A stretch of 64,000 bases of DNA from NCBI GenBank assembly GCA_020852955.1, contig JADYZW010000016.1:130801-194800 (forward strand), in the 5' to 3' direction. The stretch comes from Deltaproteobacteria bacterium. Lineage in GTDB: Bacteria; Desulfobacterota; Binatia; UTPRO1. Under the pieces are notes generated by a model. That model was not told where the DNA came from, searched no databases, and saw only the letters and a list, made by a program, of their open reading frames with translations. A program made the position numbers and the translations under genes. Below are positions 25,658 to 34,283 of this stretch, in pieces; position 1 is the stretch's first letter; every line of letters begins with the position of its first letter.

Positions 25658-27025
25658 TCAGCGGAGCGAGGAACTCGCGTGCGGCCGCAGGACGTCGAGC
25701 AGCGACACCGGCGAGAACGAGAGCGACTGGAGCGGCAGCGCGGCGCCGCCGAGGCTTGCGAGGCGCGCGACGAGATCGCTCCGGAGCGCCGCGAAGCGCT
25801 TCCACCGAGCCCCCGAGATCTGCTCGTCGACCGGGAGCTTCACCGTGAGCGGATCCACGTAGACGCCGTTCTCGAAGAGCATGAAGTGCAGGTGGGGGCC
25901 GGTCGCCATGCCGCTCGCGCCAACGTAGCCGATCACCTGCCCTTTGCGCACCGTCGCCCCGACGCGGAGCCCCTTCGCGAACTTCTGCAGGTGCGAATAC
26001 GAGGTGGAGTACGGCTGCGGGTGCTCGATCTCGACGTGGTTGCCGTAGCGCCCGCTGCGGCCCGCGAACGTGACGAGGCCGCTCGCGACCGCGCGGACCG
26101 GCGTGCCCGCCGGCGCCGAGAAGTCCACGCCGCGATGCGGGCGGATGCGGCGCAGCACGGGATGGAAACGCGCGCCCGTGTAGCTGGACGTGATCTTCCG
26201 ATACTCGACGGGATACTTGAGAAAGCGCCGCCCGAGCGCGCGGCCGTCGAGATCGTAGTACTCGATCTCGCCGCGCTCGTTCTCGAAGCGGATCGCGGTG
26301 AGCGTACGACCGCCGCTCGTGATCTCGGCGGCAAGGATGTCGCCGGGCCGGGGCGCGTTGCCGTCGTCGTCGGTCAGCTCCGCATACAGGAGCCGGAATT
26401 CGTCGCCCGGATGCACGTCCTGCTGTAGGTCGATCTGCCAGCCGAAGAGATCGGCCAGCTCGGAGACCATGCGCACCGGCACGCCGGCCGCCGACGCCGA
26501 CGTCGCGAGGCTCGCGTCCACGCGGCCGGAGACTCCCCGGACCGCCGCCAGCTGCGGCATCGCCTTCAGGCGCGCCTGGATCTGTCCATGCACGAGGCGC
26601 ATGCTCAGCACCGAGTGCGGGTCGATCTCGTACTCGAGGCCGAGCAGCCGCCCCTGGTCCTTCACGAACGTGAGCTCGATCGCGTGCGCCGCCCGCATCC
26701 CGTCGATCTCGAACGCCGCCGCCGCGGCCTGCTCCCAGGCCTTCACCTCGGCGGCGGGAAGCCCGTGCCCGCCGAGAATGCCGGCCAACGTCTCACCCTC
26801 GGCGACGAGGTGCCGGATCGTTGCCCCGTCCTCCCCCGGCACCGTCGCCGCCGCCACACCGACGCCCCGCGTCTTGCCGATACCGCGCGCCTTCCCCCGG
26901 GCTTCGGCGCGCAGCTCACCGGAGGCCAGCGTCTCGGGCGCGCCGTACAGAAACGCGATCGCCAGCAATGCCGCCGGCAGCCATGAACGTCGCTGTAGCG
27001 ATGTCGAGGTTCGTTGCTCGTCCAT
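25658..27025 (-). CDS. M23-family (LytM-type) peptidoglycan metalloendopeptidase
   Basis: Motifs present: HRGVDFSAPAGTPVRAV and GPHLHFMLFENGVYVDP. The N-terminus has a signal anchor. The start is ATG 27025 (MDEQR...) or ATG 27082. Confidence 0.8.
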   Translation of the reverse strand: MDEQRTSTSLQRRSWLPAALLAIAFLYGAPETLASGELRAEARGKARGIGKTRGVGVAAATVPGEDGATIRHLVAEGETLAGILGGHGLPAAEVKAWEQAAAAAFEIDGMRAAHAIELTFVKDQGRLLGLEYEIDPHSVLSMRLVHGQIQARLKAMPQLAAVRGVSGRVDASLATSASAAGVPVRMVSELADLFGWQIDLQQDVHPGDEFRLLYAELTDDDGNAPRPGDILAAEITSGGRTLTAIRFENERGEIEYYDLDGRALGRRFLKYPVEYRKITSSYTGARFHPVLRRIRPHRGVDFSAPAGTPVRAVASGLVTFAGRSGRYGNHVEIEHPQPYSTSYSHLQKFAKGLRVGATVRKGQVIGYVGASGMATGPHLHFMLFENGVYVDPLTVKLPVDEQISGARWKRFAALRSDLVARLASLGGAALPLQSLSFSPVSLLDVLRPHASSSLR

Positions 27026-27181
27026 CCGCTTCGACTCGGAACGCGCCGTGGAAGGAGCGCGAGGCGCGGGCGACCCTGCCAACCAGGGTGCGGGTTGTCA
27101 AGCCGTCTGCGCTGCGGTGATCGCTGGCGGGCGCCCGCGCGTTGCGGGCCGTCGCGCACGCTGTTAGGGTCGCGGCCGCTC

Positions 27182-28177
27182 GTGAACGTCCGAGGCCGTG
27201 CGACCGTCGCACTCGTCGCCGTAGGCGTGCTCGGTGCGGTGGCGTTGGCCGCGCGCGCGCTCACGACCGCCCCGCGCCTGCCTGCGGAGGGCGCCGTCGT
27301 GGTGATCCGCGAAGGGGACGGCGTCGGCGAGATCGCGCGCCGGCTCGCGACGGCGGGCGTCGTCCGCAGCGCCCTCCTCTTTCGCCTGTGGGCCCGCGGG
27401 TCCGGTCGGGACCGCGCCCTCCAACCCGGGACCTATCGCTTCGCGGCGGCGACGGAGATCTCCGACGTGCTGGCGCGACTCGCGGCGGGCATCGAGCCGG
27501 TCGAGATCACGGTGCCCGAGGGGCTCACGGTCCACGAGGTCGCCGACCTCGTCGCGGCGCGCGGCCTCGCGAGCCGCGCGGACGTCTCCTGCCTCGCCGC
27601 CGATCCCGAGTTCCTCGTCGCCGCGGGCGTTCCCGGCCCGCAGCTCGAAGGCTACCTCTTCCCCGACACCTATCGCTTCGCGCCGACGGCGGGCGCCGGC
27701 GAGATCCTGGAGACGATGATCCGCCGCTTCCACGAGCGCTTCGGCGGCGAGCGCCACCGTCGCGCCGCGGAGCTCGGCTGGACGGTGAATCAGGTGGTCA
27801 CGCTCGCCTCGATCGTCGAGAAGGAGACCGGCAAGCCCGACGAGCGGCCGCTGGTCGCGGCCGTCTTTGCGAACCGCCTCCGCCGCGGCATGCCGCTACA
27901 GAGCGACCCCACGGTGATCTACGGCCTCCCGGCCTTCGGCGGCGACCTGACGCGCGCCGACCTCATGCGCGCCACGCCCTACAACACGTACGTCGTGCGC
28001 GGGCTCCCGCCCGGGCCGATCGCCAATCCCGGCCTCGCGGCCATCGACGCCGTCCTCGCGCCGGCGCGCTCCGAGGCGCTCTATTTCGTGTCGCGAAACG
28101 ACGGCTCCCACGAGTTCTCCGCGACGCTGCCGCAGCACAACCGGGCCGTCGAACGGTACCAGCGCCGCGAGCGCTGA
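27182..28177 (+). CDS. mltG: Endolytic murein transglycosylase MltG (YceG-like)
   Basis: YceG hallmarks: LEGYLFPDTY, LASIVEKETG, VFANRLRRGMPLQSDPTVIYG, YNTYVVRGLPPGPIANPG. The GTG start at 27182 gives an N-terminal TM anchor. Confidence 0.85.
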   Translation: MNVRGRATVALVAVGVLGAVALAARALTTAPRLPAEGAVVVIREGDGVGEIARRLATAGVVRSALLFRLWARGSGRDRALQPGTYRFAAATEISDVLARLAAGIEPVEITVPEGLTVHEVADLVAARGLASRADVSCLAADPEFLVAAGVPGPQLEGYLFPDTYRFAPTAGAGEILETMIRRFHERFGGERHRRAAELGWTVNQVVTLASIVEKETGKPDERPLVAAVFANRLRRGMPLQSDPTVIYGLPAFGGDLTRADLMRATPYNTYVVRGLPPGPIANPGLAAIDAVLAPARSEALYFVSRNDGSHEFSATLPQHNRAVERYQRRER

Positions 28178-28213
28178 GGAGTCCGGGCCCGGCCGCCCCA
28201 TCCCCTTCTCCGG

Positions 28214-28241
28214 TTGACTTCGCTTTTCTTTCGCTTACAAT
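28214..28241 (+). promoter_or_regulatory. Candidate lexA promoter TTGACT-N16-TACAAT, whose spacer is filled by the direct repeat TTCGCT-TTTCT-TTCGCT (putative SOS operator)
   Basis: Read directly: -35 at 28214-28219, repeat at 28219-28235, -10 at 28236-28241. The lexA ATG is at 28270. Confidence 0.5.
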
Positions 28242-28269
28242 GCGCAACCGTGACGGGAGGACCGCGCGC

Positions 28270-28908
28270 ATGACGGGGCCGATGCTGACCAAGCGGCAGA
28301 AGGAGCTGGTGGACTACCTCGACGCGTACATCGTGCGCTCTGGCTACGCGCCGACGCTCGAGGAGATCGGACAGCACTTCGGGCTGAGCTCGCTCGCGAC
28401 CATCCACAAGCACCTCACGAACCTCGAGCGGAAGGGCATGATCCGCCGCAAGTGGAACCGCAGTCGGGCGCTCGAGGTCGTTCCCCAGCAACGCAAGGCG
28501 GCCGCGGTCGAGTTGCCGCTGGTCGGCCGGGTGGCGGCCGGCGTGCCGATCGAGCCGCTCGAGCAGAACGACGTGATCTCCGTCCCCGAAGAGCTCGTGG
28601 GGCGCGGCGAGACCTTCGTGCTGCGCGTGAAGGGCACCTCGATGGTGCTCGAGGGCATCCTCGACGGCGACTTCATCGTCGTCCAGTCGCGCCATGCGGC
28701 CGACAACGGCGACATGGTGGTCGCCCTGGTCCGCGGCGAGGCCACCGTCAAGCGGTTCTACCGCGAGAAGGGCGGAATGGTGCGCCTGCAGCCGGCCAAC
28801 GAAAGCCTGGCGCCGATCATCGCGCGCGCGAGCGACGTGGAGATCCGGGGCGTCGTGACGGCGGTGATGCGGAAGTACCGGCCGCAACGGCGGCGCCCGG
28901 CGGCCTGA
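28270..28908 (+). CDS. lexA: SOS repressor LexA
   Basis: The N-terminal wHTH is LTKRQKELVDYLDAYIVRSGYAPTLEEIGQHFGLSSLATIHKHLTNLERKG. The cleavage and S24 peptidase region is VAAGVPIEP...VKGTSM...ATVKRF. Confidence 0.92.
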   Translation: MTGPMLTKRQKELVDYLDAYIVRSGYAPTLEEIGQHFGLSSLATIHKHLTNLERKGMIRRKWNRSRALEVVPQQRKAAAVELPLVGRVAAGVPIEPLEQNDVISVPEELVGRGETFVLRVKGTSMVLEGILDGDFIVVQSRHAADNGDMVVALVRGEATVKRFYREKGGMVRLQPANESLAPIIARASDVEIRGVVTAVMRKYRPQRRRPAA

Positions 28909-28913
28909 GGGCG

Positions 28914-29552
28914 GTGCCGTTCACGCAGCTCATCTTCGACCTCGACAACACGCTCTACCCGGCGAGTCGCGGCGTCGTGGACCGGGTCGACGACCGCATC
29001 AACCGGTACATGATCGAGCGGGTCGGCATCGCGCCCGACGCCGCGGCCCCGCTGCGCGCGCGCTATCGCGACGCCTACGGCACCACGTTGAGCGGGCTGA
29101 TGCGCCACCACGCCATCGATCCGGACGACTATCTGACCGCGATCCACGAGATCGCGGTCGAGGAGCTGCTCGCGCCCGACGCCGCGCTCGGGGCGATGTT
29201 GACGACGCTCGCGCAGCCGAAAGCGGTGTTCACGAACGGCTCCGCGGGCCACGCGGAGCGAGTCCTCTCGTGCCTCGGCATCCGGACGCACTTCGCCCGG
29301 ATCTTCAGCCTCGAGAGCGTGGCCTACGTCCCGAAGCCGGAGCGGATCGCGTTCGAGACCGTGCTCGCGCGCCTCGGAGCCGCGGGGCGGGACTGCGTCT
29401 TCGTCGACGATCGTCCCGACAATCTCGCCACCGCACGCGCGCTCGGCATGCGCACGGTGCTGGTCGGCGAGCGCTCCTCCGCCGGCGACGTTCCGGTCGA
29501 CGGCGCGATCGCGTCGATCCACGACCTCGCCTCGCTGCTCGCGAGGTTCTGA
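28914..29552 (+). CDS. HAD-superfamily pyrimidine 5'-nucleotidase-like hydrolase
   Basis: Matching segments: LIFDLDNTLYP, YGTTLSGLMRHH, VFTNGSAGHA and FVDDRPDNL. The GTG start is 5 nt after the lexA stop. Confidence 0.7.
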   Translation: MPFTQLIFDLDNTLYPASRGVVDRVDDRINRYMIERVGIAPDAAAPLRARYRDAYGTTLSGLMRHHAIDPDDYLTAIHEIAVEELLAPDAALGAMLTTLAQPKAVFTNGSAGHAERVLSCLGIRTHFARIFSLESVAYVPKPERIAFETVLARLGAAGRDCVFVDDRPDNLATARALGMRTVLVGERSSAGDVPVDGAIASIHDLASLLARF

Positions 29553-29622
29553 GGGCGCGGCGCACGCTCCCGTTCTCCGGGGCACGTGTCGCGACGGTCC
29601 CGGATCGGGTAAGAGCGGAACG

Positions 29623-30771
29623 ATGTCCGGCCGGTTCTCGCTCTACGTGCACATTCCCTACTGCCAGGCGAAGTGCTCCTATTGCGACTTCAACTCGTAC
29701 GCGGCGACGACCTGGCCCGAGGACGCGTACGCCGACGCGCTCCTCGCCGAGCTCCGGCACCGCGTCGCCGAGCCCCCCTTCGCCGCCGCCGGCGTCGCGA
29801 CGATCTTCTTCGGGGGCGGCACGCCGTCGCTCTTCCGGCCCCGCACGATCGAGCGGCTGCTGACTGGCATCGCCGCGACGTGCCCGGTCGCCGCCGACGC
29901 CGAGATCACCCTGGAGGCGAATCCCGGCACCGTCGAACGCGCGCGTCTCGCCGACTTCCGCCGCGCCGGTATCCGACGTCTCTCGTTCGGGATCCAGTCG
30001 TTCCACTCCGACCTGCTGGCTACGCTCGGCCGCCTCCACGGTCCCGACGATGCGAGAGCGGCGATCGACGCGGCGCGCGTCGCCGGCTTCGACGATCTCA
30101 ACCTCGATCTCATCTTCGCGGTTCCCGGCGAGACCCGCACGCAGTGGGAAGCCGACGTCGCCGAGATCGTCCGCTTCCGCCCCGAGCACGTGTCCGCCTA
30201 CAACCTCACGTACGAGCCGGGCACGCCCTTCCACACGCTGCGCGCACGCGGCGCGCTCGCTCCGCTCGGGGACGAGGACGAACTCTGGATGTACCAGCAC
30301 GCGCGGCGCGCGCTCGCGGCCGCCGGCTACGCGCACTACGAGATCTCGAACTTCGCGCAGCCCGGACACGAGGCGCGCCACAACCGGAGCTACTGGCGCG
30401 GGGTCGATTATCTCGGCCTCGGTGCCGGCGCGCACTCGTACGCGCACCTGCCCGCATGGGGGCGGCGCTGGTCGAACGAGCGGATCCCCGAACGCTACAT
30501 CGCCGCCGCCGGCCGCGGCGACCCGACGGCGAGCGCGGAGACCTTGACGTTCGACACAGCCGCCGCGGAGTTCGTGGTCCTCGGCCTGCGCGAGATGCGC
30601 GGCATCGAGCCGGCCGCCTTCGCGGCGCGGTTCGGACGGCCCCTGGAGGAGATCCACCCGGAGATCGCCGCGCTCCGCGCCGACGGACTCCTCGTCGAGC
30701 GCGCCGGACGGCTCGCCCTCAGCGAGCGCGGCCTGCTCCTCGCCGACTCGATATTCACGCGCCTCGTCTGA
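29623..30771 (+). CDS. hemW: Radical-SAM heme chaperone HemW (HemN-like, oxygen-independent coproporphyrinogen oxidase family)
   Basis: Matching segments: LYVHIPYCQAKCSYCDF (CxxxCxxC), FFGGGTPS and NLDLIFAVPGET. Confidence 0.85.
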   Translation: MSGRFSLYVHIPYCQAKCSYCDFNSYAATTWPEDAYADALLAELRHRVAEPPFAAAGVATIFFGGGTPSLFRPRTIERLLTGIAATCPVAADAEITLEANPGTVERARLADFRRAGIRRLSFGIQSFHSDLLATLGRLHGPDDARAAIDAARVAGFDDLNLDLIFAVPGETRTQWEADVAEIVRFRPEHVSAYNLTYEPGTPFHTLRARGALAPLGDEDELWMYQHARRALAAAGYAHYEISNFAQPGHEARHNRSYWRGVDYLGLGAGAHSYAHLPAWGRRWSNERIPERYIAAAGRGDPTASAETLTFDTAAAEFVVLGLREMRGIEPAAFAARFGRPLEEIHPEIAALRADGLLVERAGRLALSERGLLLADSIFTRLV

Positions 30772-30786
30772 CGCCCGCCCCTCGCG

Positions 30787-31803
30787 TCAGCCGGCGAAGA
30801 GGGCGAGCGCGAAGCGCGCCGACGGCTCGATCCATCGACCGCGACAGACGAGCCCCGCCGCGCGCGCCAGCGCGACCAGGCCGTCGGGCTCGTACTTGTA
30901 CGAGCTCTCGGTCCAGATCGATTCGCCGGCGCGCAACGGGAGGACGAGGTCCGCGAGCGGCACCCGCACGATCTGATCGCGACGGCTCACCAGGTGCGAC
31001 TCCATACGCAAGCGCTCGGCGTTCCACCGCGGCACGTGATCGAATGCGTCGAGATCGAAATCGCCGCCGAGCTCGCGATTGATGCGCTCGAGCAGGCTCT
31101 TGTTGAACGCGGCCGTCACGCCGACTGGATCGCCGTATGCGAGGAGGAGCTCCTCCTCCGGCTTCACGAGGTCGGCGCCGAGCAGGAAGCCGTCCCCGGG
31201 GCGCAGGCAGTCGCGCACCTCGCGCAAAAGCGCGATCGCGCTCGTCGGGTGGAAGTTCCCGATGTTCGAGCCGAGGAAGAGCACGAGCATCGAGCCCTGC
31301 GCGGATCGACGCGTCACCGCGTCGCGCAGCCCCGGACCGAACGGCGCGCGATGGCCGACCACCGAGACGCCGGGGAGCCGACCGAGCGTGCGCGCCGAGA
31401 GCTCGAGCGCGGTCGCCGAGATGTCGACGAGCCGCACGAGCATGGGACCGGCGCGCCGCATGCCCTCGACGAGAAGCGCAAGCTTCGCCCCGCTCCCGCA
31501 ACCGAGCTCGACGATCGTCGCCAGCTCCGGCAGCAAACCGCCGATGGCCTCGGCATGCGCCTCCAGCAAGGCGCGCTCGGCGCTCGGGATGCGGTACCAG
31601 GGCAGCTGGCAGATCGCCTCGAAGAGCTGCGACCCGAGCGCGTCGTAGAAGTACTTCGCCTGCAGCTGGCGCGGGCGCCGCTGCAGATCCCGGCGCACGT
31701 CGGCGGCGAACGCGCTGCGCGCGTCGGCAACGAGCTCGCGACGCGCGTCGCCGGCAGCCGCGCGCCGCGACGCGAGATGGCGCAGCTCGGCCGGCGCGAT
31801 CAT
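30787..31803 (-). CDS. egtD: L-histidine N-alpha-methyltransferase (ergothioneine pathway)
   Basis: EgtD-like sequence: KYFYDALGSQLFEAICQLPWYRIPSAE, VELGCGSGAK, LGSNIGNF, ESSYKY. The ATG overlaps the egtB stop (ATGA at 31800-31803). Confidence 0.85.
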   Translation of the reverse strand: MIAPAELRHLASRRAAAGDARRELVADARSAFAADVRRDLQRRPRQLQAKYFYDALGSQLFEAICQLPWYRIPSAERALLEAHAEAIGGLLPELATIVELGCGSGAKLALLVEGMRRAGPMLVRLVDISATALELSARTLGRLPGVSVVGHRAPFGPGLRDAVTRRSAQGSMLVLFLGSNIGNFHPTSAIALLREVRDCLRPGDGFLLGADLVKPEEELLLAYGDPVGVTAAFNKSLLERINRELGGDFDLDAFDHVPRWNAERLRMESHLVSRRDQIVRVPLADLVLPLRAGESIWTESSYKYEPDGLVALARAAGLVCRGRWIEPSARFALALFAG

Positions 31804-33155
31804 GAGCGCACGCAGCGGAACGTCGCGTAGGGATACGGATAGCGCGGCCGGAACCAGTTGCGCCAGCTGCGCCGGAGGAGCTCGGAGGCCGTCGCCGGAG
31901 ATGCGCCCTTCATCACGTAGTGCCCTCCATCGAAGAAATCGGCCGAATATCTGGGGTACGAAGGCGTCGGCGCGAATCCGGGAAACGGCGCGAACACGGT
32001 CGCGGTCCATTCCCATCCGTTGCCGACGAGATCGTGGACGCCCCACGCGCTCGCGCCCTCGGGGTGCGAGCCGACGGGCAGCGGATCCCAGTGGCGCAGC
32101 CCGAAGTTGCCGTGACGCGCGCTCGCCGGCTCGGAGCCCCAGGGAAACGCCCGCTCGCCCCCCGTCGGAGCGCCGTACGCGGCGCGATGGTACTCGGCCT
32201 CGGTGCAGAGGCGCGCGCCGCGCCAGCGCGCGTACGCTTCGGCTTCCGCGTGGCTCACGTACACCGGCCAGGACGGCGGCAGCGGCACGTCGGCGAAGAG
32301 CCCGCGCCAGTGCCAGCGCCCCTCGCGGCGCGACCAGAAGCTCGGGTGTCGGAGTCCCAGCCGCTCGCGCCACGCCCAGTTCTCCGCCGTCCAGTGCGCG
32401 GGATCCTCGTACCCGCCACCCTCGACGAACGTAAGGAACTCGCGGTTGGTGACGTCGTAGGCGTCGATCGCGAACGCGGGAACGTCGACGACGTGCGCCG
32501 AGAATTCGTTGTCCCACCCGAAGGCGACCTCGTCGCGATGCGCGCCGAGCGTCGCGCGGCCGGCGGGGATGTCGACGGTGCGCGGCGCCGGCGGCTCGCC
32601 GCCGACGATCGGTCGATAGCCGCGCGGGGGCACCTTCGCCGCCGCCGGGAGGCGGTGGAACATGTAGAGCAGCGTCTCGTGGTGCATCGCCTCGTGCTCG
32701 AGGATCGTGAAAAGCGCGAGGCCGCGACGTCGCACCGGATCGTCGGCGCGGCAGAGATCCGCGTCTGCGAAGGCGCCTTCGACCAGCCGATCGCAGGCGG
32801 CCGCGAACGCGACCACCTCGGAACGCGCCGGCCAGGAGGCCGCGTCGGGTCCGTCCTCGCCGTCCTCGGGGTCGATCCCCCGCTCGAAGAGCGCTTCGAG
32901 GGCGGCATCCACGCCCGGGCGGCCGAGGCCGCGCTTCACGACGGTGTTCACGTTGAAGGCCGGAAGGTGGCCCTCGTAGAAGACCACCGGGTGGCGCAGG
33001 CTGATCGGACGCGCGAGATACGCCTCGTCCCGCACGAGACCGAACCACGCCCGGGAGCGCTCGCGGTTGCGACGAAACCAGTCGCGACACCAGGGGAGGT
33101 CGACCGCGGCCGCCGGCATCCGGACCATGCTGCGCCCGGTGCCGGACAGACGCAA
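31800..33155 (-). CDS. egtB: Ergothioneine-type sulfoxide synthase EgtB (DinB-like domain plus FGE-sulfatase/SUMF1 domain)
   Basis: Matching segments: PVVFYEGHLPAFN, ILEHEAMHHETL, GVHDLVGNGWEWT and a C-terminal RYPYPYATFRCV. Confidence 0.8.
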   Translation of the reverse strand: MRLSGTGRSMVRMPAAAVDLPWCRDWFRRNRERSRAWFGLVRDEAYLARPISLRHPVVFYEGHLPAFNVNTVVKRGLGRPGVDAALEALFERGIDPEDGEDGPDAASWPARSEVVAFAAACDRLVEGAFADADLCRADDPVRRRGLALFTILEHEAMHHETLLYMFHRLPAAAKVPPRGYRPIVGGEPPAPRTVDIPAGRATLGAHRDEVAFGWDNEFSAHVVDVPAFAIDAYDVTNREFLTFVEGGGYEDPAHWTAENWAWRERLGLRHPSFWSRREGRWHWRGLFADVPLPPSWPVYVSHAEAEAYARWRGARLCTEAEYHRAAYGAPTGGERAFPWGSEPASARHGNFGLRHWDPLPVGSHPEGASAWGVHDLVGNGWEWTATVFAPFPGFAPTPSYPRYSADFFDGGHYVMKGASPATASELLRRSWRNWFRPRYPYPYATFRCVRS

Positions 33156-33189
33156 CCAGCACGGGTCCGCGGCGCGGACCCGCCGAACG

Positions 33190-33741
33190 TCACGCCATTA
33201 CGAGCCGGACATTGCCCTCGGGCGAGATCATGTTGGGATTCCATGGCGGATCCCACACGACCTGCACGTGCGCCTCGGCGACTCCGGACAGCGCCTCGAT
33301 CCGCCGCTGCGCATCCATCGCGATCGACGGCCCCATCCCGCAGCCTTGCGCGGTGAGGGTCATCTGGACGTCGACGGTGCTGCCGCCCGCGGGCGCATCG
33401 GCGATCGTGAGGTCGTAGACCAGGCCGAGATCGACGATGTTCACGGGGATCTCGGGATCGTAGACGTTCTTGAGCGCCTCCCACACGGCCGCCTCGCTGG
33501 CCCGCTCGTCCGCGCTTGCCTCGGCGGCGGCTTCCACGCGCCGCGGCTCCTTGCCGAGCGCGTCGGCATCGCGGTCGTGTACGCGAAAGAGCCCGCCCAT
33601 CGCCGGCACCTGCAGCGTGTACGTGTCGCCGAGCGCCTGCGTGATGATCGCGAGGGTGCCCTCGTCGATCGTGACGGTGTTGCCGTGCGGGATCTGGATG
33701 GCCTCGCACGTGCGGCGGATCGTGATCTGTTCGTAGCTCAT
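33190..33741 (-). CDS. sufT: SufT-like Fe-S assembly protein (N-terminal domain plus DUF59/MIP18 domain)
   Basis: The DUF59 core is VWEALKNVYDPEIPVNIVDLGLVY...MTLTAQGCGMGP, and the 183-aa length is characteristic. Confidence 0.7.
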   Translation of the reverse strand: MSYEQITIRRTCEAIQIPHGNTVTIDEGTLAIITQALGDTYTLQVPAMGGLFRVHDRDADALGKEPRRVEAAAEASADERASEAAVWEALKNVYDPEIPVNIVDLGLVYDLTIADAPAGGSTVDVQMTLTAQGCGMGPSIAMDAQRRIEALSGVAEAHVQVVWDPPWNPNMISPEGNVRLVMA

Positions 33742-33844
33742 GGCTCCTACTTAGCTGCAGCACCGGAGGCTCACAACGGCCCGCCCGCTCTTTTCGGCGC
33801 CGATCCTTTCATGACATAACGCGTCGATACGAAAGGGGGCCGTC

Positions 33845-34276
33845 ATGATCGCATCGCTTCGCAGGAACGCCGCCGTGTGGATGGTCGGGATGCTGATGGG
33901 GGTGGCTGCCTGCTCCAAGCCGGCCGAGCCGCTCAAGATCACGCAGGTCGACCTGACCCACGAGGTCGACGAGCACAACGAGGCGCGCTCCGCCCGCGAG
34001 ACGTTCGCGCCGACGAGCACGATCTACGCGTCGATCGCCATCGAGGGGACCGGCGAGGGGACGCTCACCGCCCAGTGGACGGACCCGAGCGGCCAGGTGA
34101 TCGCCGACCAGAAGCAGGACCTCACCAACGTCAAGCCGACGCGGTACGAGTTCCACATTCCGCCCGCCAAGGGCGAGCACCCGCTCGGGCGCTACCACGT
34201 GACGATCGCGCTGAACGGCGGCAAGGAGGCGGGCGCCACCAAGCACCGCGAGTTCGAGATCCGCGTGACGCAATAG
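33845..34276 (+). CDS. Lipoprotein of unknown function
   Basis: Signal peptide with a lipobox: MLMGVAAC followed by SKP. Confidence 0.6.
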   Translation: MIASLRRNAAVWMVGMLMGVAACSKPAEPLKITQVDLTHEVDEHNEARSARETFAPTSTIYASIAIEGTGEGTLTAQWTDPSGQVIADQKQDLTNVKPTRYEFHIPPAKGEHPLGRYHVTIALNGGKEAGATKHREFEIRVTQ

Positions 34277-34283
34277 CCCGGCG

